The notes below the pieces were generated by a model that was given only the letters and a program-made list of their open reading frames with translations, searched no databases and had not been told where the DNA came from. From contig NC_068996.1 in NCBI RefSeq assembly GCF_001194135.2, positions 5,678,518 to 5,718,929 on the forward strand: a DNA stretch of 40,412 bases, given 5' to 3'. The translations under genes and the position numbers were made by a program. Positions 22,128 through 35,022 of the stretch are shown here, piece by piece (position 1 is the stretch's first letter; each line of letters begins with the position of its first letter). The stretch is from Octopus bimaculoides (lineage: Eukaryota).

Positions 22128-23210
22128 CGGATCTTTTTGGTTTGACGGGCAACATTTTTCATTTATGTTTTATGCAGTGTTTTTGGTACCNNNNNNNNNN
22201 NNNNNNNNNNNNNNNNNNNNNNNNNNNNNNNNNNNNNNNNNNNNNNNNNNNNNNNNNNNNNNNNNNNNNNNNNNNNNNNNNNNNNNNNNNNNNNNNNNNN
22301 NNNNNNNNNNNNNNNNNNNNNNNNNNNNNNNNNNNNNNNNNNNNNNNNNNNNNNNNNNNNNNNNNNNNNNNNNNNNNNNNNNNNNNNNNNNNNNNNNNNN
22401 NNNNNNNNNNNNNNNNNNNNNNNNNNNNNNNNNNNNNNNNNNNNNNNNNNNNNNNNNNNNNNNNNNNNNNNNNNNNNNNNNNNNNNNNNNNNNNNNNNNN
22501 NNNNNNNNNNNNNNNNNNNNNNNNNNNNNNNNNNNNNNNNNNNNNNNNNNNNNNNNNNNNNNNNNNNNNNNNNNNNNNNNNNNNNNNNNNNNNNNNNNNN
22601 NNNNNNNNNNNNNNNNNNNNNNNNNNNNNNNNNNNNNNNNNNNNNNNNNNNNNNNNNNNNNNNNNNNNNNNNNNNNNNNNNNNNNNNNNNNNNNNNNNNN
22701 NNNNNNNNNNNNNNNNNNNNNNNNNNNNNNNNNNNNNNNNNNNNNNNNNNNNNNNNNNNNNNNNNNNNNNNNNNNNNNNNNNNNNNNNNNNNNNNNNNNN
22801 NNNNNNNNNNNNNNNNNNNNNNNNNNNNNNNNNNNNNNNNNNCTTAAGCCTAACCCTAAAACCCTATAACTCATAACCCTAACCCTAACCCTAACCCTAA
22901 CACCAACCCTAACCCTAAAACCCTTACTAGGGAATAATGATATAATTAAACAGGGAATAACACTCTTAACACCGGTAAAAATTATTGTTTATAAAAAGAG
23001 CAGTAACTGTATTAAGTTGAATAGACGTCAGTGATTGGTTGAAATTACAGAAATACGACAACTTTAACATGAAATAACTTATTAAGAATTAATTTTTGTT
23101 ATGAAGGCTAAGAGAAAAAGATGTTTTATATGACACATTCTACCAGTATCCCAAGTTTGAAAGTGTTTCGTTAAGAAAACAAGTGTTGCCCGTCAAACCA
23201 AAAAGATCCA
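22128..23210. mobile_element. TIR DNA element with TA flanks carrying internal (TAACCC)n telomere-type repeats (part lies in a gap)
   Basis: 26-bp perfect TIR ggatctttttggtttgacgggcaaca (22129-22154 / 23184-23209), TA on both outer sides, within a (TACA)n tract; TAACCC units at about 22850-22925. Confidence 0.8.
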
Positions 23211-24960
23211 TACATACATGCACACATGCATACATACTTATACTGTGAATGTGTATGTCTGTGCATACATATGTATGTATATATATAGGTATATAAATTC
23301 ATATACACCCACGTAGGTGCATAAACACATTAATCTATCTATACAACTCTATATATATGTAGAGGAAAATTTTCAGATATGAATGATGAAGATCTGTACA
23401 CGTGTATCTCCCTGTACCTCTCTAATTGTACACCCACCTATCTACATACCTGCCTGTCTGCTTGCCTGCCAGACAGACAGACAGACAGCCCGCTTGCTTT
23501 GCCTATCAATCGTGTCCATCCTATCCACTCACTCTCGCTGTTCCTCACAAACCTTATCTACTTTTCCCTTACTCCCGCATCTTCCTGCCATATCCTCGCC
23601 GACGCCGCCCCCATCCATCCACCTCGTTTCTGTCGAAAGTAATTTATTGACCGAAGAATGACTTACAAACCCGCCCCCCACATCCACACGGACAGGTGTA
23701 CTTGACTATTTTTTGAAGGTTCAAACTGACTTCATTTCAACTAAATATCATTTGAAGGTTTGGCGACGGTCGCTAGAGGGCTGGAAGGTGGCTAGCCAGA
23801 GGTGCTGGGATTAGTGGTGATCGTGGTGGAGGTGGTGGTGGTGGTGGTGGTGGTGGTGGTAGTCGTCGTCGTCGTCGTCGTCGTCTTCGTCGTCGTCGTC
23901 ATGGTCGTCGTCGTGTTTAACGCATCCCAGTTTTCTTTTTTTNNNNNNNNNNNNNNNNNNNNNNNNNNNNNNNNNNNNNNNNNNNNNNNNNNNNNNNNNN
24001 NNNNNNNNNNNNNNNNNNNNNNNNNNNNNNNNNNNNNNNNNNNNNNNNNNNNNNNNNNNNNNNNNNNNNNNNNNNNNNNNNNNNNNNNNNNNNNNNNNNN
24101 NNNNNNNNNNNNNNNNNNNNNNNNNNNNNNNNNNNNNNNNNNNNNNNNNNNNNNNNNNNNNNNNNNNNNNNNNNNNNNNNNNNNNNNNNNNNNNNNNNNN
24201 NNNNNNNNNNNNNNNNNNNNNNNNNNNNNNNNNNNNNNNNNNNNNNNNNNNNNNNNNNNNNNNNNNNNNNNNNNNNNNNNNNNNNNNNNNNNNNNNNNNN
24301 NNNNNNNNNNNNNNNNNNNNNNNNNNNNNNNNNNNNNNNNNNNNNNNNNNNNNNNNNNNNNNNNNNNNNNNNNNNNNNNNNNNNNNNNNNNNNNNNNNNN
24401 NNNNNNNNNNNNNNNNNNNNNNNNNNNNNNNNNNNNNNNNNNNNNNNNNNNNNNNNNNNNNNNNNNNNNNNNNNNNNNNNNNNNNNNNNNNNNNNNNNNN
24501 NNNNNNNNNNNNNNNNNNNNNNNNNNNNNNGGGTCGTAGTTGTAGGTGGGGGGGGGAGTATTACTGGCTGTGACGGCAAACAATGGTGTTTATATTGGTA
24601 CTGATGGATCAGGCAACTCGGAAAATCAGGCAATGTTAGTCTAAACAAAGCGGCGAGTCTACATTTTCGGTGGGCAGGGTGGGGGAGTGGAGGAATAAGA
24701 TGGCGTGGTGATCTTGGTGCACTGGTTCTTAATTAGGAGGTCAGAAGTGAATGGTGGAAGTAGTAAGAATGGGGAGAAGTAGATGAAGAAGAAAGAAACA
24801 AACAAGCAAAAAAAGACAAACATTTTCATACAAAATCAAACATACAAATTAATATGAAGTAACAAAATGAACTAAAACCAGAAAGTACGTCTGAGGTCAC
24901 AGTTATTGTGTGCCTAACGGACCATAGAAACACAATCTTCATTGCTAAGATTTCTAAGCA

Positions 24961-25188
24961 TACTCTCTTTTACTCTTTTACTTGTCAGTCATTTGATTGT
25001 GGCCATGCTGGAGCACCGCCTTTAGTCGAGCGGAAATCGACCCACAGGACTTATTCTTTGTAAGCCTAGTACTTATTCTATTGGTCTCTTTTGCCGAACC
25101 GCTAAGTTGCGGGGACGTAAATACACCACCATCGGTTGTCAAGCGATGTTGGGGGCACAAACACAGACACATAAACACACACACACAC

Positions 25189-25225
<37 letters not shown>

Positions 25226-25433
25226 NNNNNNNNNNNNNNNNNNNNNNNNNNNNTATATATACATATATACGACGGGCTTCTTTCATTTTCCGTCTACCAA
25301 ATCCACTCACAAGGCTTTGGTCGGCCCGAGGCTATAGTAGAAGACATTTGCCTAAGGTGCCACGCTGTGGGACTGAACCCAGAACCATGTGGTTGGTGAG
25401 CAAGCTACTTACCACACAGCCACTCCTGCGTAT
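24961..25433 (-). mobile_element. SINE family B, full length
   Basis: Reverse complement of the 3397-3884 family with A/B boxes and (aagagt) tail. Confidence 0.9.
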
Positions 25434-25679
25434 CTGAAAAATAAATAAAAGTTGCGTGGAAGGAAAAGGAGGAGAAGGAAGAGTCAGTAATATCGGATCT
25501 AGTATTTGATAGGTACTTCATTTTTATCAACACTCGGAAAGGCTGACAAGAAAAGCTTCGATGGTATTTGAACTATGAGCTCAAAATGTCAGAAGTGCTA
25601 TCAGTACAAGCTGGCAAAGAACATTGTCCGAAACGTTAATGACTCTGTCATTTCATTGCCCCTATAATAATGGTTTCAA

Positions 25680-25830
25680 ATTTTGGCACAAGGGCAGAAA
25701 GTTCGAAGGTGGGAAGAAGTTGATTAAATCGCCCCCCTCCCCCCAGTTCTCCATTGGTACTTACTCTATCGACCATGAAAGGAATAAAAAGCAAAATCGA
25801 CTTTGGTAGAATTTGAACCCCAAACGTAAG
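25680..25830 (-). mobile_element. SINE family A, diverged partial copy
   Basis: Reverse complement contains gggttcaaattctaccaaagtcgattttgcttttt...tttcatggtcgatagagtaagtacca. Confidence 0.6.
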
Positions 25831-25951
25831 TGATGATGATGACGACGACGACGATGATTCTTTTTTATTTTAAGCACAAGACCTGAAATTTGGGGTTAAG
25901 AGACCAGCTGATTACAGCGACCCCATGATGATGATGCTGATGATAAGGATA

Positions 25952-25983
<32 letters not shown>

Positions 25984-26142
25984 TAACAACAACAACAATA
26001 ATAGTGATTCCAAGTCTTCTGTGGAATGTTATCGTTTCATAGAGTGGGCAAATGGTGAGACCAGAGAAGAACGGAGAGGAACCCTAACTAACTGGTGAGG
26101 GCCAAATATCCGTTTTATCCGATTGTGTGTGCGCGCGCGTGC

Positions 26143-26207
<65 letters not shown>

Positions 26208-26239
26208 TGTGTGTGTGAAGCTGGGGAGAAAATATGATT

Positions 26240-26485
26240 AAGATCTTCCCCGAGTCATACAGAGTCATAGGAACGGTTGGTTTCCCAATTCATGTAACGC
26301 ATTCTCGCCTGGACTGGACGTTGGTCTGTTACAGGATTACTCAGTTTTGCCCGTTGAAAGGACAGGAGAAACATGAAATGAAGTGTCTTGCTCAAGAACA
26401 TGAGGCAACGCTCGGTTCAGGAATCGAAACCACAATGTTACGATCATCAGTACAGCACGCTAACCATTAAGCCGCGCGCCTACAC
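26240..26485 (-). mobile_element. SINE family C
   Basis: Minus head ggcgcgcggcttaatggttagcgtg...ggtttcgattcc, core cttgagcaagacacttcatttc. Confidence 0.8.
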
Positions 26486-26815
26486 TGTGGGGAAAATGCC
26501 TCGTGGGAAACGATCCGCTAAATGCGCATGCGATAGAGTATGACAAGCAAAACAGTGAATTCAAAATCGTCAATTATCGCTGCAATTAGAAAGCAAAACC
26601 TCCCTCTTTGAGTGTTAAGAATCTAACAAGCAAAGGTGATAACTGCATTATCAGCTAATCCAAGCTTGTAAGACTCTAACGTGTGTGCCTGTACCTATAT
26701 TTAGTGTGTGTGAGTGAGTGTATCTACTCGTGTATATGTATGTGTGTGTGTGTAAAGTGTGTATGTGAGTGTATATATATATGTATATATGTGTGTGTGT
26801 GTAGTGTGTATGTGA

Positions 26816-26885
<70 letters not shown>

Positions 26886-27131
26886 CGTGTGCGTGTGTGT
26901 GTGTGTGCGTGCACTTTTGGAGTGTATTTGCGGATGTGTTCACTTACCACACCTTTGAATTTAGATTTAATAAATGTATATATGCATGTATAAATGTGTG
27001 TGCATATCAGCGCATGTGTGAGTGTATGCAAGCACGTATGTGTGTGTGTGTACATATATGTACATATATGCACATTTCTGTGCACATGTAAGTGTAGATA
27101 AATATATAAACATATCAAAGTGCTCGCGCAC

Positions 27132-27168
<37 letters not shown>

Positions 27169-28211
27169 GTAAATTAATGTCATATCTGTGTGTCCGTATG
27201 CTAACATATTTTCCTGGTGTGTGTGAATACACCAACGAATTTATCTGTATGTGCATATGTGTGTTTGTATTGCATACACATAAATAGTCACATACACATT
27301 CTTGCTCACACACATACACAGCAATTGTGTTTTATGTGTGCGTCCATGTCTGTCTGTGTCTCAGAGACTGGTCGTGATTCTTGCCAATGCTTAAGCGCAT
27401 GCGTGTGAATGAGTCTGTATATAATTGTTTTAAGTGCATTTATGTGTATGTATGAGACCGTATAAAAGTATGTGTCCAACTAAGAGCATGTTTCATTTAT
27501 ATGTATGCAAGTGTACCACTGTGTGTGCGCATGTGCGCGTGTGTGTGTGTGTGTGTGCGTGTGTGATTGTATATGGGTGCAGTCTTTCTACGAGCGTGTT
27601 GATATTAGTGCGTGAGTGTGTAAAATTGTCTGTATTAAGAGACCTTGTCCATGTGTTCACGCGTGTGTGTGTGTGTGTGTGTGCGTGTGTGTGTGTGTGT
27701 GCGCGTGTGTGTGTGTGTGTGTGTANNNNNNNNNNNNNCCATGTGTTCACGCGTGTGTGTGTGTGTGTGTGTGCGTGTGTGTGTGTGTGTGCGCGTGTGT
27801 GTGTGTGTGTGTGTAAATAACAAGTGAAAAGCCTTTTAGCTTGAAGAAAGTGAACAGTCGTCGTGGCAAAGTGTTTAGTGAACCAGATCACAATGGCTGG
27901 CCGACCAAGCGAAGGATTGAAGAAGTTGGTTTAGTAATTCAAGTACTTATTGGGATTCCCAGGAACTTCACCTACGGAAGAAAGCTGATCATGGAAACAC
28001 TGGTCTTCAACAGTCGTCTTTGTAGAGTTTTCGCTTTTCTTTAGATCTACATTTCATCTCGTTTTTGAAAATGTCTACTCAACCATAAACTTATTTCGTT
28101 TATGTATGATCTCAGCTCTCTTTCAAGATGGGAAAGCAGTTCAGCTGATGGACAAATTCTTAAGTAAAAAGATTAACAAGGGTGTCTGTATATTGTTGTT
28201 CTCTGCTTTAC

Positions 28212-28256
28212 CTGTGATTAGGTTCCAGTGCTGTTACTCCAGCGTCGTTACATGTT
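28212..28256 (-). CDS. Weak candidate 45-nt exon, (x)TCNDAGVTALEPNH(R/S)
   Basis: Minus strand acceptor cttctctcacatAG and donor cag|GTAAAG, one open frame, unique sequence. Opposite strand to the other candidate; may be chance. Confidence 0.2.
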
Positions 28257-28319
28257 CTATGTGAGAGAAGTACATCAACGTCGATCAACTATATTATTTG
28301 GCGTATCGCAGTAAAGCTA

Positions 28320-29678
<1,359 letters not shown>

Positions 29679-29786
29679 GTGTGTATATATATATCTGTGT
29701 GTATGCGAGTGTACCGTCATGTGTCTGACAAAGAGGCAGAAAGTGGAGGGGAGTGACGAGAATGGGTGAGTGGAAAAGAAAGAGAC

Positions 29787-29829
<43 letters not shown>

Positions 29830-30608
29830 ATATATATATATAAAGGGAAGTGTATGAGTGCGTATGTATATGGGTGCGAAAGAAGAAAGCAAGATAACGA
29901 TGGGAAAGAAAGAAAGAAAAGAGAACAGAAATCGTACAAATAAAAAGATTGTATGAGTGATTGATAAAGTCAGCTTGTGTGTATGAATATATGTTGCGAT
30001 TGAAAGGGGAAAAGGGAGAGGCATTAAGTGTGTGTGTATGTGTGAGGGAGAGAGGGGCACGGAGAGAGAGAGAGAGAGAGAGGGGGAGGGAAGAGACAGA
30101 AAGAAGAGTCGGGGTGTAAGAAGCTTCTTTAGTTCTTCAATGGAATTAAACCATTGAAGTCCTGGCCATACTGGAGCATAAAGGCGTATACTTACAAAGG
30201 AACACCCCCTTAATTTCCTTTTACACAAAGTGGAATATGATGAAAGGGAGCGAGGAAGAAAGAGAGAAAGAGAAAGAGAGAGGGGGGTGAGAGGCAGACA
30301 GGGGGCAGAGAGTATAAGAGAAAGAATTTATTGATGTAAACTTCCTAATTTTCAAAAAGCTCTACACCATCAATGTGAGACAAAATTCTTGACTAAGCTT
30401 TGCTGAACCAAACGATTTTAATGGCGTACTGCTTATAGAGAAACAAACTAAGCAGCATATATTAATACAGTCAAATACTGCACATTATATGACATCGGTG
30501 GAGGTGGAGGGAATATAAAAATAAAGGGTTGTGGTATCGACAATGAAACAGAGGAGTAGAGAACGTTTTAATATGGCGGTGGTGTAGTGAGAGTTGTGAA
30601 AGGGTGAT

Positions 30609-30910
30609 GTGGTGAACGTTTTGAAACAATTGGGTAGTGAACATTATAATACAATGGTATACTGAACATTATTATACAGTTGTGTAGTGAACATTATGAT
30701 AGAGTTATGATAATGAACACTATTATACGGTGGGATAATGAACAGTATAATACAGCCATGTAGTGAGCACTACAATACCGTCATATATTGAATATCATGA
30801 TACAGTAGTACACTGGACATTATGACACGATGGCATAGGGAACATTATAATACAATGGTGTTGTGTGAGTAGTGAAACACTGGTGCTGTGAACATTATAA
30901 TACACTGATT
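30609..30910 (+). repeat. 25-bp minisatellite, about 12 diverged units, consensus near gtagtgaacattataatacaatggt
   Basis: tgaacattat-like cores recur with a 25-nt period. Confidence 0.8.
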
Positions 30911-30960
30911 GGTATAATAAAATGAGTGTATACTAAAAATAATATTAGTTGTAGTATAAG

Positions 30961-31226
30961 TTTTTTCTTTTTTTTTGCGCCCTTTTAAAGCCTAGCCAGG
31001 CTCATGGGCCTGGTTTCCTGGTTTCAATGGCGTATGTATTCCCCCCCAGCTGGACGGGACGCCAGTCCATCACAGCGTTACTCATTTTTGGCAGCTGAGT
31101 GGACTGGAGCAACGTGAAATGAAGTGTTTTGCTCAAGAACACAACGCGTCGCCCGGTCCAGGAATCGAAACCACAATCTTACGATCATGATGCTGACACC
31201 CTAACCACTAAGCCACGCGCCTCCAC
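30961..31226 (-). mobile_element. SINE family C, full length with A-rich tail
   Basis: Minus head gtggaggcgcgTGGCTTAGTGG...GGTTTCGATTCC (A and B boxes); 3' ggctttaaaagggcgc(a)n. Confidence 0.9.
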
Positions 31227-31289
31227 TGTAGTAGAAGTAGTAGAACATAATCCAATTACATAATAATGGGATTATGCCAATATATTTTA

Positions 31290-31600
31290 TACTGTACATT
31301 GATGTACCGTGGACCAGTTAAGTGCTTGATGTTGTATGCCGACTTTTACTTGATTCATTTTACAAAGACAACACTTCCAAACCGGTAATTTTACAGGCGG
31401 TATATTAATGTGATCTGCAATATTAACCAAACTTTTAGATTTATACCTACACGAGACCTTCTCACACCTCAACCAATTATAGAGATACTCTTTTATACAA
31501 ACGACATCAAACTCATATTTTCCTACCATTTTCTGCTCGCTGGCTCTACAACAACAAACTCAAAGCAGCACCTACCGAATCCTATACCTCACTGCTGCCA
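31290..31600 (+). pseudogene. Possible very decayed Penelope-like RT fragment
   Basis: LYADFYL.HF...FYRRYINVI resembles PLE 'LADI.M..FE...YRRYVDDI'; adjacent to hammerhead-bearing repeat. Weak. Confidence 0.3.
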
Positions 31601-31768
31601 GCAAAAGCAAAGATTGTTAAATACAGTCAACCATCTGACTCAACATAATATGTTATTACACGCAGATAGGAAAAATTCTAGAATTCTTCTCTACGACATT
31701 TTCCGGAATGAATTGATGAATACATTATTTACAATTGACGGACATTTGTCCTCATCTTATTTGTTGTT

Positions 31769-31814
31769 AACACAACGTTTTGGCTGATATACCCTCCAGC
31801 CTTTATCAGGTGTC
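31769..31814 (-). ncRNA. Minimal type I hammerhead motif (G8 and G12 changed to A)
   Basis: GACAC-CTGATAA-A-GGCTG(gagggtatat)CAGCC-AAAACGT-T-GTGTT on the minus strand. Confidence 0.7.
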
Positions 31815-31863
31815 TTGGGGAAATTTCTAACCTGGGTTCTCATTCCTAAGGTATTTTTCGATG

Positions 31864-31922
<59 letters not shown>

Positions 31923-31965
31923 AAATACCTTAGGAATGAGAATCCAGGTTTGATATTTCCCCCAA

Positions 31966-32011
31966 GACACCTGATGAAGGCTGGAGGGTATATCAGCCGA
32001 ATCGTTGTGTT
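31966..32011 (+). ncRNA. Minimal type I hammerhead motif (A15.1 changed to U)
   Basis: GACAC-CTGATGA-A-GGCTG(gagggtatat)CAGCC-GAATCGT-T-GTGTT; stems I and II fully paired. Confidence 0.75.
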
Positions 32012-32189
32012 AACAACAAACAAGATGAGGACAAATATCCTTCAAATCTAAATAATGTAAATAATTTACATAATTTCTCATCTCTTAAATATAGAACTGT
32101 ATGATGAACATATGATTAAAACTAGGCCAAGTACAGAAATGGATATAAAACACCCAGACATTATTTATTCGCAGAACTGAAAAAGCAAT

Positions 32190-33070
32190 TGGAACGGAAC
32201 GGCTCTTGAATGTGTCGATCGACGATCAGATTGGACGAAATGTGCAGGGGAAAGTTTGTATGACAATTCGCGGAACTTGGAAGGTCCAGCTACTTATTCT
32301 AAGCTTTTTAATTTTTTCTTGCAATCGAAGGTTGATTTCGAACGATAAAGAGGCTTCTAAATTAGCACGTAATTAAAATGACCTGTAAAGCTGCCAGTGC
32401 TGATACAGGAGACGCTAGTAATTATCTTGGGAAGCAGAAGAAAATATTGCTCAAAGACGGCTGCACATGAAAACAAGTGTACACTACTGGGGAAACTCGG
32501 ATTTTCTAGTATCACATGCCTACTAGGACTTTTATCTCAACATCGGTCTTTAAAGCTTCCAAAAATCACTTAACGCTTCTTGAGTGAAGAAATGCTGCTT
32601 CTTATATGAAATTAAATTGCCTATTCGTTTATCATTTCTGAAATCCAAGATCCTTGAGGGATATGCTAAATTTAATCTGCCTGAAATATCGATGCCTACC
32701 AGCATTTTCCAAAACTGGATTAAAAACCTTTTCTTCTTCCGAAGAAAGGAACAGAGCTCGGAGTAATATTTCCAACAAAGCATTGTTCTTTTTAGCCAAT
32801 GCATCAAACTAGCCAGTGGACTTAAATGATCCTTCTCGTAGGTGAAATATCCCCAAGAACACATCTTTGATTTGGCCAATGAATTACGGTGTGACAGATA
32901 ACATCAAACGGATAGGAACTATAAAAGATATCATAGAAGTACTTGATAGTGATGATAAACCTACTGTTGGAGACTTCTGAAAAAGGGTCGACCTTATGGA
33001 TGCAGTAGATGACATAGCCGAGTCATACGATATAGAAATACTGTCAGTTATTTGGCAAAGCTTATGGCGA
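32190..33070 (+). pseudogene. Tigger/pogo-family (CENP-B HTH + DDE_1) transposase relic
   Basis: ERLLNVSIDDQ, KAASAD, QVYTTGETRIF, FKASKNHLTLL, NISNKALFFLANA, PKNTSLIWPMNYGV, DDKPTVGDF.K.VDLMDAVDDIAES, VIWQSLW; many stops and frameshifts. Confidence 0.8.
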
Positions 33071-33164
33071 CACCTTTAATTTTACGGGTTAATTTTACTA
33101 GTTAAAAGTTTAAAAGTCTACATCAAGTTTACTAAACTACTTTGGTGCTAATAAATAATGTAGA

Positions 33165-33484
33165 GAATGGTTCTCAACAATTTTTTAAATCTATGGGCCC
33201 CTTTGATTACTTTTTCAGTCTTATGGAACCCTATAGCCATTCGATGTTTTAAAACTAGTTTTATAGATATTTCTTTCAAAATTTCTATTTCGTTTTTCAC
33301 ATATTAACTTGTGTAGGTTGAACTATTTAAGACATTAGAGAACGAAGCTTAGCTGTTTCTTATAATAAATAAATCTACAACAAAATTTTTCTGGGACCCT
33401 AAAATACTACCGTGGATCTCCAATCTACTATCTTGCTTGTGTAACCCACCAGAATATTATATGGACCCCGGTTGAGAACCACTA
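33165..33484. mobile_element. hAT-type MITE with target-site duplication
   Basis: TIRs (g)aatggttctcaac / gttgagaaccact, direct repeat aatgtagag at 33157-33165 and 33484-33492, repeated subterminal tgg(a/g)ccc motifs. Confidence 0.85.
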
Positions 33485-33626
33485 ATGTAGAGTTTTAAGA
33501 AGTCATAGATGATGATGTGACTGAGTTGCTAGGATCTCATAGAGAATGGAGAGGCATATGATGAAACAACATAACGGAGCTGCAGCGCAAGAAGAGGGCA
33601 TAAAACATCTCCATCTTCTAAATACT

Positions 33627-33878
33627 TGAAGGCATCTGGCCTGATGGTTAAAGTGTTGGTCTCATGATCGTAAGATTTTGGTTTTAGTTCCTGGCCCGGG
33701 CGATGCGTTGTGTTCTTGAGCAAAACACTTCATTTCCCGTTGCTCCAGTTCACTCGGCTGGCAAAAATGAGCAAACTTGCAACGGACCGGAATCCCGTCC
33801 AGGGTGTAAATATACACGAGCCACGGAAACCGGGAAACCGGCCCTTATGAGTCCACACGGCTTGAGAAAGATGTTTTA
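33627..33878 (+). mobile_element. SINE family C
   Basis: tggcctgatggttaaagtg head, ggttttagttcc B box, gttgtgttcttgagcaaaacacttcatttc core. Confidence 0.85.
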
Positions 33879-34153
33879 TCCTTTATCCTTATCTTCTAGA
33901 TATAGAAATTCCACTTCGGCAAGCTGCAAATATTATGGCTAAAAGATTTACACTTATAAAAACATTAAAATAAGATGGGCAATTTTTGCTTGATAAAGAA
34001 CTTAATTGTAAACATAGCATAAAATTTGCCAAGAATTGGTTTATAATGAGCTCAGTTTTTACTCTGGGCTGTCCAAAGAGATAATGTGATGTAAATGTTA
34101 AGCAAATTCCTCACCTGCACCCTCCGAGAGATGCTGCAAGAGGTAATCTACAG

Positions 34154-34700
34154 CAGGGGCCGGAACACCACGGCCCACCGAACATTTTAATCCGACCCGC
34201 GAAGCATTTTTGACAGGTTCTGAATAACCTTCATTAACATTTATTTTTCAACATCTTTGTTTTCGAATTTAATTGGCAGTAATATCAAACGTCATTGAGG
34301 TTCATCATAACAATTACAACAGTCTCCTTGGATCGGCACGAGAATATGAAGTAGCAAGGCTGAAAAACAATTTTCTTAAGCAGTCTTCTTTCTTCACCGT
34401 TAAGATTGCAAAAGTGACAGAAGCACCCGTGCCAGTTATGAAGTTTCAAGATTCGGTAGCGGAAAGAATAAAGCCATTCAGCGACGGTGAATTCTTTAAG
34501 GAATGTATGATGAAAGTAGTGGATGTTATACGTCCAGAAAAAAAAAAGGATTTATTTTCAGAAATCAGTTTGTCCTCGAGAACAGTTACGTTGAGAATTG
34601 AAGAAATGGCGGTCAATGTCAGTAGGAGCTTGGAAGGTGTGTTACAGTCTTGAATAGTTTACCATTGCTATCGACGACACGACTGATATGACAGATGCCT
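34154..34700 (+). pseudogene. hAT (Charlie/SPIN, GTF2IRD2-like) transposase fragment behind a hAT-like terminus
   Basis: caggggcc...cacggccc end; KPFSDGEFFKECMM...LFSEISLSSRTVTLRIEEMA, then FTIAIDDTTDMTDA (SLALDESTD-type first catalytic motif) after a frameshift. Confidence 0.85.
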
Positions 34701-34939
34701 AGTGTGTTTATCAAAAAGTGGTAAACTGCAACAAGAATGGATCTACTCTGAATATACTTTACTAAGCAGGAGGTAAGAAACTGGAAGAAGGCACTTTACC
34801 ATGCCTGGGGGATGGCAGAGTAATCCAGGATTTTTGAGTGATGCTTACCCTGAATTACGCTAAAAATGGACTGCCCCGCTATTATTTTTGTTGCTGGTGT
34901 CATTATTACTATTGACGTGATTTTCCACGCAGAATTTCA

Positions 34940-35022
34940 GTCTCACTGCTTGGCACCTTGGCCAAGTGTTTTCAACTATAGCCTTGGGCCAACAAAAGCC
35001 TTGTGAGTGGATTTGGTAGACG
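34940..35022 (-). mobile_element. SINE family B fragment (rearranged, mixed orientation possible)
   Basis: cagtctcactgcttggcaccttggccaagtgttttcaactatagccttgggccaacaaaagccttgtgagtggatttggtagacgg matches the family B body in plus orientation; strand call uncertain. Confidence 0.4.

Larger units (their letters stand above)
31721..32099. mobile_element. Inverted pair of Penelope-type terminal repeats around (ATT)n, each arm with a minimal hammerhead motif
   Basis: Arms 31721-31858(-) and 31922-32058(+) are near reverse complements; the right arm continues to a terminus also seen at 36912-36960(-). Confidence 0.8.

Noticed and set aside
22843-22925. True chromosome end or telomere fusion
   Set aside because: Array is short, degenerate and enclosed by a TIR pair with ordinary DNA on both sides.
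26430-26460. CTGATGA on the minus strand as a further hammerhead (also 2490, 25938, 35995)
   Set aside because: No stem II followed by GAAA; lies in a SINE head or in (GAT)n-type repeats.
26520-26540. NRF1-like tgcgcatgcg motif
   Set aside because: Single short motif with no promoter context; similar strings arise in the alternating purine-pyrimidine repeats.
27940-28000. FKYLLGFPGTSPTEES resembling a CDK subdomain
   Set aside because: Flanked by in-frame stops, no splice signals, no other kinase motif.
30609-30910. CRISPR-like repeat array
   Set aside because: Units are contiguous without unique spacers, and the context is eukaryotic with no cas genes.
31160-31226. tRNA-like sequences with A and B boxes (heads of SINE families A, B, C)
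   Set aside because: They continue into SINE cores and tails and are multicopy; not tRNA genes.
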